From the NCBI GenBank assembly GCA_038042445.1, contig JBBTED010000021.1:68085-132084 (forward strand): a stretch of 64,000 nucleotides of DNA. The letters run 5' to 3'. The notes under the pieces are model-generated. The model searched no databases and was not told the origin of the DNA. It saw only the letters and a program-made list of their open reading frames with translations. The stretch comes from Candidatus Firestoneibacteriota bacterium (lineage in GTDB: Bacteria > Oederibacteriota > D2-FULL-39-29 > JBBTED01). A program made the position numbers and the translations under genes. This document shows positions 38,548-46,423 of the stretch, in pieces (position 1 is the stretch's first letter; every line of letters begins with the position of its first letter).

Positions 38548-39492
38548 TTACCGCATAAAATAAACACCCGATGGATGATTTGATCCATGTATATTCACAT
38601 GACAATTTTGGCAAGAACGATTAATAATGCGAGAGTTTTGTTGTTTCACAGCCGAATCATCATAAAGTGTGCTCGGGTGCCTAGTCCCCACATGACACCG
38701 CTGACATAAAAGAAACGGACTTTTGGCTATGAGCATCTTGTCCTGCAAAGAACCATGAGCATCGTGACAAGTCAAACAATTTTCCTGAACAGGAGCATGC
38801 TCCCAAAGAAAAGGACCACGCTTTTCCGCATGACAGGTAAGACAAAGCTCCCTTGTAGAAGCAGTTTTTAAATTTTTGGCATATGGGGATCCATGAGGGT
38901 CGTGGCAAGTAACACAGGAAAGTTTTCCCTCCTTAGTCGGCATATGAGAAGCTTTAGACATATGAGCCTTTTTATCTTTATGACATTGAAAACAATTTTC
39001 AGTCGACGTTTTCTTTTTCAGCAATTTCCCCTGATCCGGTCCCGGCACAGAAGATTTATGAGAATTGTGACAAGAATTACAGGTTAAACCTTGACGCGAA
39101 TGTGTGCTCCCCTTCCAATTAGGATGGGTGTTGCCATGACATTGCAAACAAGAATTTGCTAATTCTTTTGGATTTGTCTTTGGTCCAAGAATAGTGGCAT
39201 AACCAGCCGCATTTTTATCTCCTGCAGCTTCCGCATGAAGCGAACCTGCACCATGACAAGTTTCACAATGTTCAGCTTGATTCAATTGCTTTTCTTTAAC
39301 AAACGTTTTCGCATGAAAACTTTTTTGAAATTCCTTTCCATGGTCATCATGACAAGTCATACATTTCTCAGAACCAATATGTCCAGCTTTTTCCTCTGAG
39401 TACGTAACTCGCACAAGAGTAAAAAAACATACAATGCTTACAATACAAAATATATTTACTATATATTTCATTTTACCCATATTATCCTCCAT
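38548..39492 (-). CDS. MtrA/PioA/DmsE-family periplasmic decaheme cytochrome c
   Basis: 314 aa with a signal peptide and ten CxxCH motifs: CMTCH, CETCH, CLQCH, CNSCH, CFQCH, CVTCH, CLTCH, CLTCH, CQRCH, CQNCH. Confidence 0.75.
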   Translation of the reverse strand: MEDNMGKMKYIVNIFCIVSIVCFFTLVRVTYSEEKAGHIGSEKCMTCHDDHGKEFQKSFHAKTFVKEKQLNQAEHCETCHGAGSLHAEAAGDKNAAGYATILGPKTNPKELANSCLQCHGNTHPNWKGSTHSRQGLTCNSCHNSHKSSVPGPDQGKLLKKKTSTENCFQCHKDKKAHMSKASHMPTKEGKLSCVTCHDPHGSPYAKNLKTASTRELCLTCHAEKRGPFLWEHAPVQENCLTCHDAHGSLQDKMLIAKSPFLLCQRCHVGTRHPSTLYDDSAVKQQNSRIINRSCQNCHVNIHGSNHPSGVYFMR

Positions 39493-39556
39493 TTCTCTAA
39501 TTCTATAAATTATTTCCTAATATATAAGTTTATAACTATACTTGAGTTATTATATA

Positions 39557-39573
39557 TGCAATTTTCGTGCCAA
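39557..39573 (-). promoter_or_regulatory. Sigma-54 (-24/-12) promoter upstream of the decaheme cytochrome operon
   Basis: The minus strand reads TTGGCACGAAAATTGCA, a perfect TGGCACG-N4-TTGCA. It lies about 65-80 nt upstream of the start codon at 39492. Confidence 0.7.
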
Positions 39574-39661
39574 CTTTTTAAAATATTTACGATTTTTTTG
39601 TGTAGGTTTTATCAATAGATTTACAAGGACAATTTATAATCTTAAAACTTGTATAGATTTA

Positions 39662-39697
39662 TGTGTATTTTTACACACAACTGTGTAAAAATACACA
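39662..39697. promoter_or_regulatory. Inverted-repeat candidate enhancer (UAS) for the sigma-54 promoter
   Basis: TGTGTATTTTTACACA-CAAC-TGTGTAAAAATACACA is a perfect 16-bp inverted repeat about 100 bp upstream of the -24 element. Confidence 0.5.
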
Positions 39698-39750
39698 GTT
39701 TAGATTAGAGATTGTGAGATAATTCTATTTTCTAGCTTTTTTCTGTACTG

Positions 39751-39820
39751 GTAGTCGCAAGCTTTAGCTTGCGGTATTATAGCTTTTACCATTTTTCCGC
39801 AGGCTAAAGCCTGCGACTAC
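39751..39820. repeat. MITE-like palindromic element (family D), copy 2
   Basis: GTAGTCGCAAGCTTTAGCTTGCGG-N22-CCGCAGGCTAAAGCCTGCGACTAC; same 24-nt inverted arms as at 32140. Confidence 0.7.
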
Positions 39821-39867
39821 CATATATAATATAACACAGTCTAAATGGCAGTTATAGAACAATCTCT

Positions 39868-41277
39868 TTATTCTTTTGATTCAAGAATTCCTAACTTTAT
39901 TGCTCTATATCTCAAAGAATCACGACTAATTCCAAGAATTTTTGCGGCCCGCACTTGATTCCCATTCGTTTTATGCAATGCCTGCAAAATAAGTTCTTTT
40001 TCAAATTCTTTGAGTGTAGATTTTTCTTTGGCTGTTTTGTTAAATTCTGGCATTTCTCCTTCATAACTTCTTAATTCTAAAGGCAAATGAGTAAGATTAA
40101 TATTCTCTACCGCTCCGATTATAATTGCACGTTCTATAATATTTTTTAATTCTCTTATATTCCCAGGCCAGTGATACCGCAAAAAAACATTTTTTACTTC
40201 CTTAGACAAAACAGGTGGATTTTTTTTCTTCAATTCATAGCTATATTGTTTCAAAAAATGCTCTGTGAGTAAAATAATATCTTCCATCCGTTCTCTAAGT
40301 GGAGATAATTTTAAAGTAAAAGCATTTAATCGATAATATAAATCATTACGGAATTCGCCTATTTTAATTGCCTTGGTTAAATCTTTATTTGTTGCTGCAA
40401 TAATTCCAACATTAACTTCTATATCTGAAACAGCACCCAGTGGTCTAAAAGATTTATTTTCAATTAATTGCAAAATTTTTGCCTGAAGACTTAGACCCAT
40501 ATCACCTATTTCATTTAAAAATAATGTTCCTTCATCTGCACTATGCACAAGACCTTTTTTTGCTTGTTTTGCATCTGTAAACGCGCCCTTTTCATAACCA
40601 AACAATTCACTTTCAAGCAAATTATCCGGTATAGCAGCACAATTTATCTCAACGAATGGCTTCTTTATCCTTTTACTTTCGTAATGTATTGCTTTTGCAA
40701 GAATATCCTTACCTGTGCCACTCTCCCCACAAATTAAAATTGGAGATGCACTGCTATTTACTAATTTTTTTGCAAATTCCACTACTTCCAGTATTGACTT
40801 GTTTTTCCCTACAATACTAGAAAAACTATATTGCCTTAATTGTTGATTCCTTAACGATTTTGCTTCCACATAAACACTTGCATTTTCAATAACTTTATCA
40901 ATAAGCAATCTTAACTCATCTAAATCAAATGGTTTATTAATATAATCATTCGCTCCTCTTTTCATAGCCTCTATAGCAGTAGAAATGTCTCCAAAAGCTG
41001 TAATCATTATCACAGGAATTTCTAAATCGGATTCTTTTATTTTTTTCAAAATTTCCAAACCATCAATTCCAGGGAGCTTAATATCACATAAAACCAAATG
41101 AGGATGAAAATTTATAAATTTTTCAAAACCATCTTCGCCAGTTTCTGCCACTACTATATCATAACCATATTTAAATAAATTTTCCTTCAAAGACCACCTT
41201 ATTAATTCCTCGTCATCAATTACTAAAATTTTCTTTTTAATCATAATTTTTTCCCTTATGGTTGATATTCTTTTCAC
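39868..41277 (-). CDS. Sigma-54-dependent response regulator (NtrC family: REC-AAA+-HTH)
   Basis: REC domain (ILVIDDEELIRWSL...D), sigma-54 interaction domain (GESGTGKD...GAFTDA...ESELFGYEKGAFT) and C-terminal Fis-type HTH. Confidence 0.9.
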   Translation of the reverse strand: MKRISTIREKIMIKKKILVIDDEELIRWSLKENLFKYGYDIVVAETGEDGFEKFINFHPHLVLCDIKLPGIDGLEILKKIKESDLEIPVIMITAFGDISTAIEAMKRGANDYINKPFDLDELRLLIDKVIENASVYVEAKSLRNQQLRQYSFSSIVGKNKSILEVVEFAKKLVNSSASPILICGESGTGKDILAKAIHYESKRIKKPFVEINCAAIPDNLLESELFGYEKGAFTDAKQAKKGLVHSADEGTLFLNEIGDMGLSLQAKILQLIENKSFRPLGAVSDIEVNVGIIAATNKDLTKAIKIGEFRNDLYYRLNAFTLKLSPLRERMEDIILLTEHFLKQYSYELKKKNPPVLSKEVKNVFLRYHWPGNIRELKNIIERAIIIGAVENINLTHLPLELRSYEGEMPEFNKTAKEKSTLKEFEKELILQALHKTNGNQVRAAKILGISRDSLRYRAIKLGILESKE

Positions 41278-41287
41278 CAGACCATAT

Positions 41288-42778
41288 TCAATTTTTATTC
41301 ACAGGAAGTTTTATAACAAAACAGGTTTTTTTCACTTCCTCACTTGTAAATTCAATTATTCCATTATGCATTTTAACAATATTCTGGCTGGTAAAAAGCC
41401 CTAAACCTGTACCACCAGGCTTTGTTGTAAAAAAAGGCTGAAAAATTTTGTCTACATATTTACTTGGTATTCCTTTTCCAGTATCACAAATTGAAATTAT
41501 CACAAAATCATCTAAAAGTGAAGTGTTTATAGCTAACACTCCACCTTTAGGCATTGCACTGATTGCATTCAAAAAAATATTTACAAAAACCTGAAGTATT
41601 AATTCTGCGTCTAAATTTAAATCAGGAATTTCCTTACTGTACTGTTTTTCTACTTTTATTTGATGATCAGTAATATGTTTATGGACAAAGAAAAAAGCTT
41701 TTTCAATAATCTCCTGAATGTTAACACTTTTTATTTCTAATGTTATTGGCTTAGAATAATTTAACAAATTTTCAACAGTTTTTGCTAATCTATTCACCTG
41801 AATATTTATTTTTTCATATATTTCTTTTTGTATCGGTATTTTTGCAGATTGCTCTAATGTCTGAAAAGCAGCTTTTATACCTGCCAATGGATTTTTAATC
41901 TCATGAGCTAAACTTGCGTAAAGTTTTCCTAAAGATGCAAGTCTATCTGCATGGGCAATCTGTTCCTGATGATATTTCTATATTGATTCTTTAGATTGTT
42001 TCAGATTATCCACCATTTTATTGAAATTTTCAGCTAAAACATCCAATTCATTATTTTCTTTAATATCCACATTTACATTCAAATCACCCTGACTTACTTT
42101 ATTAAATGCTAAAAGCAATTTTTGTATAGGACGATTCACTACCTTTTTCATAAAAAATACAAGTACAAGTGATATAACTAATAAAATAGCAAGAGTCATT
42201 ATAATATGCATTTTAGCATTATCCATTATATTATCCATAAGAGATTTCCATGAAATGGATATTTCCAAAAAACCTATTATACTTTCATTTGACTTATGAC
42301 AACCATAACATTTCTTTTTATTTACAATTTGCTGTTTAAATACATAAATAGGTTCTCCATTTTTATAAGTCAGTTCTGCGGATTTATTATTTTTTGATAC
42401 AGACTCAACTTTTAATATTCTAACACCAGACAAATGTTGTCCTTCATTTAAATTTTTTAGTACACTATCCAATTTTTTCTGTTTGCCAGATAACATAATA
42501 TCTTCAATACTTTTAAGGATAGTATCTGCTATAACTTTTGCATGTTCTGATTCAGCTTTCAACCATTCTTTTTTTTGAAATTTTATATCAAAATAACCGG
42601 CAATTAAACTTACAATAGAAAATACCAAAATAATAACAAAAACCAATTGGAAACTTAAATTACGATGAACTTTTCGCATATTTTTTATACACCACACAAA
42701 ATTCACAGGTTTTATGAGTTCCAAGCACTTCATCACACATTGTATTTTTAATTTCCCAGCATGGTAATTTATGGCCAA
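41288..42778 (-). pseudogene. Sensor histidine kinase with periplasmic CxxCH heme motif, split by an in-frame TAG (41978-41980) just upstream of the H-box
   Basis: The upstream part (41978-42778) has TM segments, periplasmic CYGCHK and HAMP (...NFNKMVDNLKQSKESI*). In the same frame after the TAG comes KYHQEQIAHADRLASLGKLYASLAHEIKNPL (DHp H-box), then the HATPase_c domain (41288-41887; the track ORF starts at TTG). Confidence 0.65.
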
Positions 42779-42872
42779 AGTAAGAAGGACAAGTTTTATA
42801 AACAGAACAATCTTTCATTTTCCAACAAGGTATTTTGTCTGTCCAAAAACTTTTGGTTTCATTCATAGGCAA
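42660..42872 (-). CDS. Small Cys-rich protein (9 Cys; duplicated PCW-x3/4-C motif)
   Basis: 70 aa MPMNETKSFWTDKIPCWKMKDCSVYKTCPSYFGHKLPCWEIKNTMCDEVLGTHKTCEFC. Immediately upstream of, and overlapping, the sensor kinase; a coding call is plausible but unverified. Confidence 0.4.
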   Translation of the reverse strand: MPMNETKSFWTDKIPCWKMKDCSVYKTCPSYFGHKLPCWEIKNTMCDEVLGTHKTCEFCVVYKKYAKSSS

Positions 42873-42900
42873 GAGGTATTATAAAATAGAAACAACTATT

Positions 42901-43010
42901 ATGTAAAGAATAAAAAAACCCATGCCTATAATAGACATGGGTTTTTTACAAACTACACGTATTTTGTCATACGGCACGCGGGAGGTGTAACAAACGCACC
43001 ATTATCATAG
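42901..43010 (-). terminator. Bidirectional terminator (42918-42947) plus conserved 3-prime UTR module, copy 2
   Basis: ATGTAAAGAATAAAAAAACCCATGCCTATAATAGACATGGGTTTTTT, then a block homologous to 36126-36190. Confidence 0.6.
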
Positions 43011-43046
43011 TGTAATTTGAAAACAAATGTAAAACATTTTTTCCTT

Positions 43047-44201
43047 TTAGAACATATATTGAGCTTCTATAGAAAATTTGTTTGTGTTTTTGGCACTCGC
43101 CTGACTAAGTGTATATTCGCCTACGAATCTGCCATACATATATGGTCTCCAGACCAAACCCATTACAGGTCCCTGTGTTTCATCAACAGTTTTTTCTGTA
43201 TTAGAATCAAAATAGTCATACCTCACATAAGGAGTCACTACATCTGAAAGCAGTTTATACCCTACTTCAAGATAACCACCAAGACTATACTGTTTGTCAG
43301 CACCTGCATTTTTTGTATTTCTTCCTGACAATAAAAGTCCTGTTAATGTCCAGGTTGAAGTAAAATAATTGAACATAGGGCCAACTTGATAGAAATTGTC
43401 ATCAAAACCAGTCATTGGAGCTTGTCCTATGTATCCATACATTCCAACTATACTTCCATCACTATCTAATTCATAATCAGCAGTAACATATACGTCTTTA
43501 AAATTATTATTATCTACTACGTTAAAATTACTAGCACCTGTGCCATTAACTACACCCAAAGAAGCCATAACATTCCAACTACATTTATGGCTTAATTCTA
43601 TGCCATAATTTCTTTGGAATGGTTTATACGGATTGCTTCCAACAACACTTGTAAGAGCTAATGATCTGTCCTTCCCTAATCTTCCACCTGTTCCATGAAT
43701 ATATAGAAGCTGTGAAAGAATCTGACCGAATCTAACTGTTGTATAACTCTTTTCATCTCCTGTGGTATACTGAATAAATGCTTCTGCTAATTTGCTACGG
43801 GCAAAATCATTAAAATCACTTGTTCCAGAATTTTTGCCTGAATTTTCATGAAAATACATTTCTGCAAAATATGAAAATCCACTACCCAATGCACCTCCTG
43901 TATACAAAGAAAATGCATGCTGTTCAAAGCTGCTTATTTTTTTATCTTCAGCATTAAATCTGACTTTCCCAGTAAAACTTGCATAATCACTCAAATTCTT
44001 TCCTGCTTCTTCATTTGCCATCATATGGCCCATTCTTAAAAAATCCTGACCTGTTTTGTTAAGCTTATTTACATTCCAATGACACATAGTGCAATCAGCA
44101 CCATATTTTCTCGCCCATGCTGCAATTGCAAAAGAATCTTTTGCAACTACACCTAAAGCAAAAGTAATTATTGCAATTACTAACAACATTTTTGCTTTCA
44201 T
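43047..44201 (-). CDS. Cyc2-like fused monoheme cytochrome c / outer-membrane beta-barrel (candidate Fe(II) oxidase or EET porin-cytochrome)
   Basis: 384 aa. Signal peptide MKAKMLLVIAIITFALGVVA, then a single CxxCH (CTMCHW) about 15 aa after the predicted cleavage site. The remainder has beta-barrel-like alternating strands and ends ...IEAQYMF. Confidence 0.5.
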   Translation of the reverse strand: MKAKMLLVIAIITFALGVVAKDSFAIAAWARKYGADCTMCHWNVNKLNKTGQDFLRMGHMMANEEAGKNLSDYASFTGKVRFNAEDKKISSFEQHAFSLYTGGALGSGFSYFAEMYFHENSGKNSGTSDFNDFARSKLAEAFIQYTTGDEKSYTTVRFGQILSQLLYIHGTGGRLGKDRSLALTSVVGSNPYKPFQRNYGIELSHKCSWNVMASLGVVNGTGASNFNVVDNNNFKDVYVTADYELDSDGSIVGMYGYIGQAPMTGFDDNFYQVGPMFNYFTSTWTLTGLLLSGRNTKNAGADKQYSLGGYLEVGYKLLSDVVTPYVRYDYFDSNTEKTVDETQGPVMGLVWRPYMYGRFVGEYTLSQASAKNTNKFSIEAQYMF

Positions 44202-44246
44202 TTCTTTTACCCTCCTATTTTGTAATCTTTTAATACTCTCAAAACT

Positions 44247-44269
44247 CGCAGGCTAAAGCCTGCGTCTAC
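44247..44269. repeat. Family D half element (single arm)
   Basis: CGCAGGCTAAAGCCTGCGTCTAC matches the right arm of the 32140 and 39751 elements. Confidence 0.55.
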
Positions 44270-44317
44270 AATGTAATAAATATTTCTACTTATTTACTTA
44301 TCACCTCCTTTATCTAT

Positions 44318-44713
44318 TCAACATTTTTCTATTTTACAAATTTTTATTTTGTCAGAATTGATATTTTTTTTCAAACAATTTATAAGATTTTTATTAATTA
44401 TTTCTTTTATCTTAAAAATTTTCTCAGAAGTTAATGTTGCTCCTTTATCTTTCATTAATAAAAAACCGAGTAAAGACTCAGACATGTCTTTAACTAATTC
44501 GGGTATTATCTTTTTATGTTTTTCCGAAATACATTCCGCACTTAAATATTCATTAGTAGTATTTTCTATTGCTTCATCTATTAAAAATGATATTTCTCTC
44601 AGTCCACTTCCCTGATACTTAATATCTTTAAAAGATTTGTATATAGCATCTTTGAAATCACTACAAATTTTGTCCTTATCATTTAGGCATAATAACGCTT
44701 TATATTTTTTCAT
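44318..44713 (-). CDS. Hypothetical protein (probable start MKKYKALL; the track ORF extends to 44791 through 5-prime UTR hairpins)
   Basis: Open frame of 131-157 aa with no recognisable domain. The upstream portion contains two perfect hairpins (GCAGAGCAAAGCTCTGC; CAGCAAAGCTTTCGCTTTGCTG), so a shorter start is more plausible. Confidence 0.35.
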   Translation of the reverse strand: MKKYKALLCLNDKDKICSDFKDAIYKSFKDIKYQGSGLREISFLIDEAIENTTNEYLSAECISEKHKKIIPELVKDMSESLLGFLLMKDKGATLTSEKIFKIKEIINKNLINCLKKNINSDKIKICKIEKC

Positions 44714-44979
44714 ATATATTATATAGCTGCAGAGCAAAGCTCTGCTAAAAAACAGCAAAGCTTTCGCTTTGCTGCTACATAAACCATACAAAATCCATTA
44801 AATATTAGAATGGTTAATCTATTATACATTATTTATGCAAGAACTATGCCAATTTTTTAATGTATTATAAAATGTATTGAAATTACTGTAGTTATATTGA
44901 TAAATTTAATAGTTAATAGAAGAATATTACCATAGATAATTGTATTGTTTTAGGACAATATTTGAATAGTTGTATTATT

Positions 44980-46350
44980 TTAAGACAAATCTTTAGATAT
45001 TGAATATTGCTGGATTTTCCTATAAAGAGTATCTCTGGATATTCTTAATATTTCAGCAGCTTTTAATTTATTTCCATTTGTAGATTTAAGAACTGAAATT
45101 ATAGCAGATTTTTCTGATTCCTCAAGGGAACATACTTTTACAGTATCAGAATTATTAGTTTCTAATACTCGCATATGCGAAGGTAAATCCTGTTCAACAA
45201 AAATATTTTTATTCACTTTAATTGCGAATAAACCTTCTATTAAATTTTCCAATTCACGAACATTGCCTGGCCAGTTGTATTTTACTAAAACATCCAATGC
45301 TTCACGTTCAAAACCCTCTACTTTCTTTTTGTATTTATCATTAAATTTATCAATAAAATATTTCACAAGAAGTGGAATATCTTCTTTTCTTTCTCTAAGT
45401 AGAGGAATTGTGATAGTAATAGTGCTTAATCTATAGTACAGTTCCTTTCTTATGCCACTTTTATTTCCATCAGAAATTATATTATGCGATGATGCAGCAA
45501 GAATTCTTACATTTACAGCTATTTCTTTTATATCACCTACAGGCCTTATTTTTTTGTCCTGAAGGACTCTTAAAAGTTTTGCCTGACTTTCCTTTGGCAT
45601 TTCACTAATTTCATCAAGCAATATTGTCCCTCCTTCACTTGCTCTGAATATACCTATATAATCCGAATTCGCACCTGTAAAACTTCCTTTTTTATAACCA
45701 AAAAGTTCACTCTCAACAAGATTTGAAGGAATACCTCCACAATTTATCGGCATAAATGTATTATTTTTTCTATTACTTAAATTATGTATTGCTCTTGCAA
45801 CAAGTTCTTTTCCAACACCAGTTTCTCCAAGTATCAAAACAGGACAATCTACAGATGCCGATGCCCTTATTCTATCAAAAACATTTTTCATTAATTTACT
45901 TTCTCCAATAATATTTTCGATGCTATATTTCGAATTAAGCTGGCTCTGTAAATGAGCAACATCAGTCTCAAGTTTCATTATTTTAAATAAGCGATTAATA
46001 CAAATCATAATCTGATCTTTAGTAAAAGGTTTAATTATATAATCAGAAGCTCCCATTTTTATTGCTGTAACTGCATCCTGAATTGTTCCATAACCAGTCA
46101 TCATAATAACTTCAATAGCAGGACTATGTTCTTTGATTTTTTTCAAAAGCTCAAATCCATTCATTTGACCCATTCTAATATCGGTTATAATAATTTTAAC
46201 GTCCTGCTCAATCTTGATTTTCTCAATAGCTTCCTCACCAGAATATGCCTTAACAGTAGAAAATCCCTGTCTTAAAAAAAGTTTTGCGCAGGTCTCTACC
46301 ATACCCTTATCATCATCAACAATTAAAATTTTTATCATATCATGTATCAT
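44980..46350 (-). CDS. Sigma-54-dependent response regulator (NtrC family), paralog 2
   Basis: REC, AAA+ sigma-54 activator (GETGVGKE...ESELFGYKKGSFTGA) and HTH domains; 456 aa. Confidence 0.9.
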   Translation of the reverse strand: MIHDMIKILIVDDDKGMVETCAKLFLRQGFSTVKAYSGEEAIEKIKIEQDVKIIITDIRMGQMNGFELLKKIKEHSPAIEVIMMTGYGTIQDAVTAIKMGASDYIIKPFTKDQIMICINRLFKIMKLETDVAHLQSQLNSKYSIENIIGESKLMKNVFDRIRASASVDCPVLILGETGVGKELVARAIHNLSNRKNNTFMPINCGGIPSNLVESELFGYKKGSFTGANSDYIGIFRASEGGTILLDEISEMPKESQAKLLRVLQDKKIRPVGDIKEIAVNVRILAASSHNIISDGNKSGIRKELYYRLSTITITIPLLRERKEDIPLLVKYFIDKFNDKYKKKVEGFEREALDVLVKYNWPGNVRELENLIEGLFAIKVNKNIFVEQDLPSHMRVLETNNSDTVKVCSLEESEKSAIISVLKSTNGNKLKAAEILRISRDTLYRKIQQYSISKDLS

Positions 46351-46403
46351 GCTGAATTTATTTCAGCATCTCTTTTAGACCCTGAAACAAGTTCAGGGTG
46401 ACA
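46348..46403. repeat. Family A two-hairpin palindromic repeat, intergenic copy 2
   Basis: CATGCTGAATTTATTTCAGCATC ... GACCCTGAAACAAGTTCAGGGTGACA. Near-identical to 16938-17005. Confidence 0.75.
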
Positions 46404-46423
46404 ATTCAAAGCTTGTCCTGAAT

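Noticed and set aside
38681-38908. 75-aa alternative-frame ORF within the decaheme cytochrome gene
   Set aside because: It is out of frame relative to the ten-heme reading frame, which has clear homology. No support.
41978-41980. Possibility that the in-frame TAG in the sensor kinase reflects stop-codon reassignment (e.g. pyrrolysine or an alternative code)
   Set aside because: TAG terminates other well-defined genes in the window (for example tig ends ...ELASK-TAG). No Pyl machinery is visible, so a standard code with a nonsense mutation or sequencing error is more parsimonious.
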